A stretch of DNA of 64,000 nucleotides from an uncultured Bacilli bacterium (lineage in GTDB: Bacteria > Bacillota_I > Bacilli_A > RF39 > UBA660), in the NCBI GenBank assembly GCA_947624515.1, contig CANQKN010000001.1, positions 5,811-69,810 of the forward strand, given 5' to 3'. A program made the translations under genes and the position numbers. Positions 58,916-64,000 of the stretch are shown here, piece by piece. The notes below the pieces were generated by a model that did not search any database, was not told the DNA's origin, and saw nothing but the letters and a program-made list of their open reading frames with translations. Each line of letters opens with the position of its first letter. Position 1 is the stretch's first letter.

Positions 58916-61141
58916 TTACCTCTTCTTTTTCTTATTTTCTTTTTTTAAATTTAGTCTTAGGGAATTCAGAACAACAGTTAAGCTACTAATCGTCATACTA
59001 ATTGATGCAATCATAGGATTCATAGAAAGTCCAAATTTTTTTCCTAATCCCATAGCAAGTGGAATCATGCAAATATTATAGAAAAAAGCCCAAAATAAAT
59101 TTTCTTTAATAATTCGTAATGTCTTTTTACTGATTGTGAAAAAATCTAGTATCCTTTCTAAGTTATCTTGCATTAAAATGACATCAGCAGAATCAATAGC
59201 AATATCGGTACCACTATGAATGCTAATTCCAATATTACTAGTTGCTAAACTTGGAGCATCGTTAATACCATCTCCAACCATCATAACATTATGTTTACTA
59301 GCAAGCAATTGTTGTATGACTTTGGTCTTTTCTTGAGGGATTACATTAGCAATTACTTCATCAATTCCAATATCTTTTGCTATTATATTTGCTGTATTCT
59401 CATTATCACCTGTTAACATTATAACATATTTTCCCATTCTTTTTAGTCTTTCTATAGTAATTTTTGCATTTTCGCGTACAATATCTTTGACACCAATTAA
59501 TCCAATAACTTCTTGATCTTCTATCACATAAACAATGCTATTTCCTGATGTTACTAATTTTTGTTCTTCTTTTAGATATGGATTAGCTATTTTTACTTTT
59601 TGAAATAACTTATTATTTCCTAAAAAATATTCTTTTTGGAAAATCTTACCTGTTAAACCAATCCCATCTATTGTTTGAAAATCTGTTACTTGGCTGAAAG
59701 AAATTTTTTGTTTTTCGGCATAATCCTTAAAGGCCTTGGCAATAGGATGATCAGAATTTTTCTCAATACTAGTAACTAATTGCATGAATTCTGGTTCAGT
59801 ATATTTCTTATTATGATAAATTTTAGAAATTTTTAAATTTCCATATGTTAATGTTCCCGTTTTATCAAAAATAACTGTATCTATTTTTTTGGCATTTTCT
59901 AAAGTTTCACTTTGCTTAATAAGAATTCCTTTTTTTGCTGCACTACCTTCACTAACTACTATTGCTAATGGCGTTGCTAATCCTAATGCACAAGGACAAG
60001 CAACTACTAGTACACTTACAAAAGAAGTAAGCGCATCTTTCAAAGAAAATCCTACTAATAAATAGCCAATGAATGTTACAAGGGAAATCAGAATAATAGT
60101 AGGTACAAAATAACTACTAATCTTATCAGCAATTCTTTGAATTGGTGCTTTGGTAGAAGTTGCTTCTACTACTAATCTCACAATTTCTGAAATTGTAGTT
60201 TCCTTTCCTATTTTTTCAGCTTGGTATTCAATGTAACCATCCATATTGATACTACCTGCTATTACTCTATCATTCTTTTTCTTCTTAACAGGTGTTGATT
60301 CTCCTGTTAGAAAAGATTCTTCTAAATGGGCTTCTCCAGATATGATGATACCATCTACTGCTATTTTCATACCTGGTTTACAAATTAAAATATCTTTTTT
60401 ATTAATTTCATCAATTGTTACTTCTTTTTCTTTTTCACCTTGTTTTAAAAGAGCAGTTGTAGGAGTAATTTGAACTAGTTCTTTTAAGGCTTCTTTTGTT
60501 TTTTCTTTGTTTTTATGATCAATATATCTTCCTAACTTAATAAAGAAAAGAATTACGCAACAGGATTCGAAATAGATATTTTGAACACTTATCGATTTTT
60601 TTAAAAATAGAAGAACCATATTCCATAAACTATAGATAAAATTTGCTCCTACTCCTATGGTAACTAAAGTATCCATATTCGGTGTTTTATGAAGAAAATT
60701 TTTAACACCGCTTTTTAAAATATCTCTACTATAAATTAGGAACAAGATGGTTAAAAAGAAAAGACAACTTGTATAAGAAATAGGATTTTTCTCCATATCC
60801 AAAAATGGAATATTAGGTAATCTTAACATATGTGACATTGAAAGATATAAAACAAACATGGTAAGAAAAGCAAATCCTATTAATTTCTTTTTTTCCTCTT
60901 TTTGATTTTCTTCTTCAAATTTTTCTTGAAAAACACCTAAACTTTCAAAACCAGCTTTTTCGATCATTTTTTCTAAATCTGTTATTGTTAAAAAATCTTC
61001 ATATTCAATTAGTGCTTGGGCTAAAACTAAATTGACACTTGCATGAATGATTCCTTTTTGTTTATTTAAATTTTTTTCTAATCCTGATGAACAACCGCTA
61101 CAGCTCATTCCGCCAATTTTTAAAATTATTTTCTTCATCAC
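58916..61141 (-). CDS. copA: Copper-translocating P1B-type ATPase
   Basis: N-terminal HMA motif GMSCSGC, CPC transmembrane motif (ACPCALGLATP), DKTGTLT phosphorylation site, and GDGINDAP. Confidence 0.9.
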   Translation of the reverse strand: MMKKIILKIGGMSCSGCSSGLEKNLNKQKGIIHASVNLVLAQALIEYEDFLTITDLEKMIEKAGFESLGVFQEKFEEENQKEEKKKLIGFAFLTMFVLYLSMSHMLRLPNIPFLDMEKNPISYTSCLFFLTILFLIYSRDILKSGVKNFLHKTPNMDTLVTIGVGANFIYSLWNMVLLFLKKSISVQNIYFESCCVILFFIKLGRYIDHKNKEKTKEALKELVQITPTTALLKQGEKEKEVTIDEINKKDILICKPGMKIAVDGIIISGEAHLEESFLTGESTPVKKKKNDRVIAGSINMDGYIEYQAEKIGKETTISEIVRLVVEATSTKAPIQRIADKISSYFVPTIILISLVTFIGYLLVGFSLKDALTSFVSVLVVACPCALGLATPLAIVVSEGSAAKKGILIKQSETLENAKKIDTVIFDKTGTLTYGNLKISKIYHNKKYTEPEFMQLVTSIEKNSDHPIAKAFKDYAEKQKISFSQVTDFQTIDGIGLTGKIFQKEYFLGNNKLFQKVKIANPYLKEEQKLVTSGNSIVYVIEDQEVIGLIGVKDIVRENAKITIERLKRMGKYVIMLTGDNENTANIIAKDIGIDEVIANVIPQEKTKVIQQLLASKHNVMMVGDGINDAPSLATSNIGISIHSGTDIAIDSADVILMQDNLERILDFFTISKKTLRIIKENLFWAFFYNICMIPLAMGLGKKFGLSMNPMIASISMTISSLTVVLNSLRLNLKKENKKKKR

Positions 61142-61170
61142 AAAACCTCCTTTTTTTCTATTATTTTGTG

Positions 61171-61470
61171 TTAAGAATCTAATTTCTTAATTAAATCCAT
61201 GACTTCATCCATCATTTCTAATTTATTATTTTGAATATCTTTTATCACACAAGTTGATAAATGATTTTTTAAAATTCTCTGTCCAATACCTTTTAATGAT
61301 TTCGTAACAGCAGATAATTGAATTAAGATATCACCACAATATCGATTTTCTTCAATCATATTATTAATTCCTCGAACCTGACCTTCGATTGTTTTTAATC
61401 TGGTTTGCAGGTATTTTTTTTCTTCATCTGTTCTCAGTGTTGTCTTTTGACAACTGGCTTGCTTTTCCAT
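61171..61470 (-). CDS. csoR: CsoR-family copper-sensing transcriptional repressor
   Basis: RLKTIEGQVRGINNMIEENRYCGDILIQL matches the CsoR signature, including the Cu-ligand Cys. The true start is probably ATG at 61470 (MEKQAS...), not the track GTG at 61485, which would sit on the -10 box. Confidence 0.85.
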   Translation of the reverse strand: MEKQASCQKTTLRTDEEKKYLQTRLKTIEGQVRGINNMIEENRYCGDILIQLSAVTKSLKGIGQRILKNHLSTCVIKDIQNNKLEMMDEVMDLIKKLDS

Positions 61471-61475
61471 TATTT

Positions 61476-61527
61476 TTATCACCACAAAAATTATACCACC
61501 CCCTAGGGGTGGTAGTCAATTAAAATA
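61476..61527 (-). promoter_or_regulatory. csoR-copA promoter with an embedded GC-rich CsoR-type operator
   Basis: Minus strand reads TTGACT-ACCACCCCTAGGGGGTGG-TATAAT. The near-perfect inverted repeat TACCACCCC(C)TAGGGGTGGTA (61494..61514) fills the spacer between a -35 and a -10 box. It is a strikingly GC-rich palindrome in an AT-rich genome. Confidence 0.6.
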
Positions 61528-61535
61528 TTGTTTTT

Positions 61536-61985
61536 TTATAAGCTACTTAATTTTTCTTTCACAATCGCAGATACTGTTCCCATGTCTGCTTTTCCTTTGA
61601 TTAATGGTGTAATTTTACCCATTACTTTTCCCATATCTTTCATACCAGTGGGATTCATTTCTACAAATACTTGTTGAATTATTTCTTTTAATTTTTCTTC
61701 TGATAATTGTTCAGGAAGGTACTTATTTAAAATCTCAATTTCCATTTTTGTTTTATCAATTAAATCTTGTCTAGCGCCTTTTTCAAATTCTTTAATTGAT
61801 TCATTTCTAGTTTTTATTTCTTTGGAAACTACTTCAATTAATAATTCATCGTTGATTTCTTTCTTATAGTCAATACTTTGTAGTTTCATAGCACCTTTTA
61901 CACCACGAAGTGTTGCTAGGCAAACACTATCCTTTGCTTTCATAGCATTGATGATATCTTGATCTAATTCTTGTACTAAATCCAT
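61536..61985 (-). CDS. yqeY: GatB/YqeY domain protein
   Basis: 149 aa. YqeY-family helical protein. Conserved rpsU-yqeY pairing. Confidence 0.8.
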   Translation of the reverse strand: MDLVQELDQDIINAMKAKDSVCLATLRGVKGAMKLQSIDYKKEINDELLIEVVSKEIKTRNESIKEFEKGARQDLIDKTKMEIEILNKYLPEQLSEEKLKEIIQQVFVEMNPTGMKDMGKVMGKITPLIKGKADMGTVSAIVKEKLSSL

Positions 61986-62022
61986 ATTTTCCTCCTATGA
62001 TAGAAAAAGACTAACACTACGA

Positions 62023-62223
62023 TTAGTCTCTATTTTTATTTGCTTTATTGCGCTTACGAGTATTCTTAATGCCTTCTTTTTTAGCATTTCTTCTTTTTAC
62101 TCCTGGTTTATCATAAGCTTCTCTTTTTTTGCATTCAGAAGGGACTCCATCTCTAGCAACTTTTTGTTTAAATTTCTTTAATGCAAATTCAAGATTTCCA
62201 TTTTTTACCGCTACCTGTGTCAT
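62023..62223 (-). CDS. rpsU: 30S ribosomal protein S21
   Basis: 66 aa, highly basic. The MTQVAVKNGNLEFALKKFKQK sequence is typical of S21. Confidence 0.9.
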   Translation of the reverse strand: MTQVAVKNGNLEFALKKFKQKVARDGVPSECKKREAYDKPGVKRRNAKKEGIKNTRKRNKANKNRD

Positions 62224-62350
62224 TATTTCCCCTCCTTCCGCATATTTACTAAATTAGATTATAACTCAACATCTTACTTTTTTCAACATTTTTTTAATCT
62301 AATTTCTTTATTTATTTCAATTATTCGTAATATTTTTCAAATTTAATGCT

Positions 62351-62608
62351 TTACTTATTTTTAAATAAATATTTTTTCTTAATTTCTTCTTGCTTTGTTA
62401 TTGGAAGACTAGAATTTGTAGTTAAAATCTTATTTATGATACATTCAATTTCATCAGAATAAGATGGATCGTCAATTAAATCCATTACTGTCTGCTTCAT
62501 GTCATGTTCTAATTCAATATCTTTTAACCATTTTTCTTCTTCTGCTGTTAAATCAATTCCTAACTTTTCTTTTAATACAACCTCAATAATATCAAATTGT
62601 ATTTTCAT
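62351..62608 (-). CDS. Small acidic helical protein (85 aa from MKIQFD...) with its own consensus promoter; candidate bacteriocin immunity protein
   Basis: AGGAGA ribosome binding site 6 nt before the ATG at 62608. A TTGACA-N16-TATAAT promoter lies immediately upstream (62628..62655). It sits next to the bacteriocin locus. The longer track ORF start (MIIERID...) would include the ribosome binding site and promoter. Confidence 0.4.
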   Translation of the reverse strand: MKIQFDIIEVVLKEKLGIDLTAEEEKWLKDIELEHDMKQTVMDLIDDPSYSDEIECIINKILTTNSSLPITKQEEIKKKYLFKNK

Positions 62609-62627
62609 ATTCTCTCTCCTTGCCATT

Positions 62628-62655
62628 ATTATAGCTACTTTTTTGCTTTTGTCAA
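62628..62655 (-). promoter_or_regulatory. Consensus sigma-A type promoter (TTGACA-16-TATAAT) for the 85-aa gene
   Basis: Perfect -35 and -10 hexamers at a 16-nt spacing, ~20 nt upstream of the ribosome binding site/ATG. Confidence 0.45.
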
Positions 62656-62705
62656 TTCTTTCTATGATCAAATATTATTAGGCTATCTATTTCTTTTTAA
62701 AATAA

Positions 62706-62730
62706 AAAAGGGAACGAATCCCTTTAAAAA
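62706..62730 (-). terminator. Rho-independent terminator ending the bacteriocin operon
   Basis: aaaggga-acgaa-tcccttt stem overlapping the stop of the 59-aa ORF. T-tract on the minus strand. Confidence 0.45.
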
Positions 62731-62903
62731 ACTACTAATTCATATAAGCACCTTAAAAAAGTACCAACATAAGTACCAAGATTTAATATGGCACTTAATA
62801 TAAGCTCAGTTAAAATTAAAAATAGAGGTAACATTATCAAGATGATAATAAAACGAAAAACATGTTCATGATTTTTATAGATTTTTTTTATTTCATAGGA
62901 CAT
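62724..62903 (-). CDS. Small hydrophobic membrane protein (59 aa); candidate class IIb bacteriocin immunity protein; not in the ORF track
   Basis: MSYEIKKIYKNHEHVFRFIIILIMLPLFLILTELILSAILNLGTYVGTFLRCLYELVVF. The ATG overlaps the 3' end of the second bacteriocin gene by 16 nt in another frame. One or two TM helices. Terminated by the hairpin. Confidence 0.4.
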   Translation of the reverse strand: MSYEIKKIYKNHEHVFRFIIILIMLPLFLILTELILSAILNLGTYVGTFLRCLYELVVF

Positions 62904-63061
62904 AAATTATGACTACCTATTCTGATAATAGCACTTCCTAAGGCTTGTCCAGCTGAATATATAAATTTTGCAGCTGATGTAAATGCATTGATAATAGTTC
63001 CTGTAATATTGAAACCACCTACAATCGATAATAGTTCTTGATTACTTAAATTTTGATTCAT
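62888..63061 (-). CDS. Double-glycine-leader bacteriocin precursor, peptide 2 (57 aa); not in the ORF track
   Basis: MNQNLSNQELLSIVGG|FNITGTIINAFTSAAKFIYSAGQALGSAIIRIGSHNLCPMK. The leader fits the consensus L(-12)S(-11)xxE(-8)L(-7)xxI(-4)xGG exactly. The mature 41-aa peptide has a GxxxG motif (GQALG). AGGAGG ribosome binding site 7 nt upstream. Confidence 0.6.
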   Translation of the reverse strand: MNQNLSNQELLSIVGGFNITGTIINAFTSAAKFIYSAGQALGSAIIRIGSHNLCPMK

Positions 63062-63072
63062 TATTTCTCCTC

Positions 63073-63210
63073 CTAGTTACATTTTAGTGGACGAGCAATT
63101 CCATCGATTACTCCTACAATAAATATGACTGCCGACACGATTCCGGCAACAGCCCAGAAACCAATTCCACCTTTTGTTTCTATTAATTCTTCTTGGTTCA
63201 TTCTTTCCAT
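63073..63210 (-). CDS. Double-glycine-leader bacteriocin precursor, peptide 1 (45 aa); not in the ORF track
   Basis: MERMNQEELIETKGG|IGFWAVAGIVSAVIFIVGVIDGIARPLKCN. GG-type leader with E(-8) and L(-7). The mature 30-aa peptide is hydrophobic with GxxxG (GVIDG) and small-residue motifs. GGAGG ribosome binding site 6 nt upstream. It lies 11 nt upstream of peptide 2. Confidence 0.6.
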   Translation of the reverse strand: MERMNQEELIETKGGIGFWAVAGIVSAVIFIVGVIDGIARPLKCN

Positions 63211-63656
63211 ATACTGCCTCCTTTTATAAATTCTAATAGATATTCAAAAATAGTTTCTCTTTTTCGTAAAAGATAACAATTTGTGATAATAGCATTTGTA
63301 TGATAGTTATAGGGGTCGATATAGATCGTTTGATAAATAATATTATTTATATTTGTATAGTCTTTTTCAATATTTAAAATTGTATAATGATATTTTTGAT
63401 TATCAATATATAAAATACTATTTTTTTCCAATATTGGAACTTTTTCACTCTCTGTTATCATAGAAAAATGATCTTCATTTTTGATTAAAGTATATTTTTC
63501 ATATACTTCTATATGGAATTTACATATTATCAATATTATCCCTACTGTAGTTAAAAATAGAAACAGGAAACTTCCCGCTTTTTTTAAATGAATTTCCTTT
63601 ATTGTTTCATAATCAGAAAGGTCCCAATTATTTTTCATAACTAATACCTTCTTCAA
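63198..63656 (-). CDS. Small bitopic membrane protein (152 aa) between the ABC transporter and the bacteriocin peptides; possibly a truncated HlyD/LcnD-type accessory or immunity protein
   Basis: Short cytoplasmic N-terminus, one TM helix (FLFLFLTTVGIILIIC), and a ~110-aa exodomain. It overlaps the ABC transporter 3' end by 29 nt and the peptide 1 start by 13 nt. Confidence 0.35.
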   Translation of the reverse strand: MKKVLVMKNNWDLSDYETIKEIHLKKAGSFLFLFLTTVGIILIICKFHIEVYEKYTLIKNEDHFSMITESEKVPILEKNSILYIDNQKYHYTILNIEKDYTNINNIIYQTIYIDPYNYHTNAIITNCYLLRKRETIFEYLLEFIKGGSIWKE

Positions 63657-64000
63657 TAAAATATTTTTGAGTAAATAAGTCTTGATTATGAAAACGGTGG
63701 GAAATCACAATAAATGTTTTATCAGAATATTTTTGAAATAAATTTTTTAAAATAATTCTTTCTTTTTCAATATCAATTTCATTTAATGATTCATCCAATA
63801 TATATATTTTTGCGTCTTTTAACAATGCTCTTGCCAAAATGATTCTTTGTCTTTGCCCCCCACTAATATTAAAGCCATTTTCTTCTAATAACATGTGGTA
63901 ATCTAAAATATTTTTTTCTGCAAATTCATCAATCATGCAATCTTTAGCAATGTTTAAAAAATCATCATAATCTACTGTTTTATCTAGTACTATATTTTGA
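63628..64000 (-). CDS. ABC transporter ATP-binding domain, C-terminal part (gene continues beyond the window end); candidate bacteriocin export/processing transporter
   Basis: ABC signature ISGGQRQR, Walker B IYILDES, and H-loop VISHR. The reading frame stays open to position 64000, so the N-terminus (a TMD, and possibly a C39 peptidase) lies outside the window. Confidence 0.7.
   Translation of the reverse strand, partial: QNIVLDKTVDYDDFLNIAKDCMIDEFAEKNILDYHMLLEENGFNISGGQRQRIILARALLKDAKIYILDESLNEIDIEKERIILKNLFQKYSDKTFIVISHRFHNQDLFTQKYFIEEGISYEK

Noticed and set aside
62706-62730. tRNA-like GGAACGAATCCC (T-arm-like) sequence
   Set aside because: It is only a 7-bp stem-loop with flanking A/T tracts, with no acceptor, D or anticodon arms. 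It fits a terminator hairpin.
1-64000. CRISPR arrays, rRNA/tRNA genes, transposases, integrases, prophage genes
   Set aside because: No regularly spaced direct repeats, no rRNA-like GC-rich blocks, and no recombinase or transposase motifs were seen. The window appears to be chromosomal backbone plus small accessory insertions.

Overview
This is a very AT-rich, low-GC Firmicutes-type chromosomal window, and almost every gene runs on the minus strand. Most of it is conserved housekeeping with Bacillus-like micro-synteny: nusB-xseA-xseB, mutS, lepA-hemW, pheS-pheT behind a clear Phe T-box leader, alaS-holA, recD2, mtaB, ftsA-ftsZ, trxA, rnhC, gmk, relA-dtd, yqeY-rpsU. Several sporulation-associated genes (spoIVB, a ylbJ-like membrane protein next to a ylbL-like protease, a spoVB-like flippase) suggest an endospore-former. 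Accessory content includes a ComGA-like type IV pilus ATPase divergent from two prepilin-type genes, a DUF285 leucine-rich-repeat surface protein, a ZIP transporter-UppP-DUF368-CBS-pyrophosphatase cluster, two zinc-ribbon membrane proteins, a MarR-regulated BmrCD-like heterodimeric ABC exporter, and a CsoR-CopA copper module whose operator sits inside its promoter. The most interesting region is the last ~1.3 kb (62.7-64.0 kb). There the supplied ORF track (>=60 aa cutoff) misses a compact minus-strand bacteriocin locus: the 3' end of an ABC transporter gene, a small membrane protein, two tandem double-glycine-leader peptides with GxxxG motifs (45 and 57 aa), an overlapping 59-aa hydrophobic immunity-like ORF, a terminator, and then a separately promoted 85-aa acidic protein. 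Two other sub-threshold small genes, each with a ribosome binding site and a terminator (a 30-aa peptide at 25..117 and a 55-aa protein at 34376..34543), are also unannotated. No rRNA, tRNA, CRISPR or transposase/integrase genes were seen.
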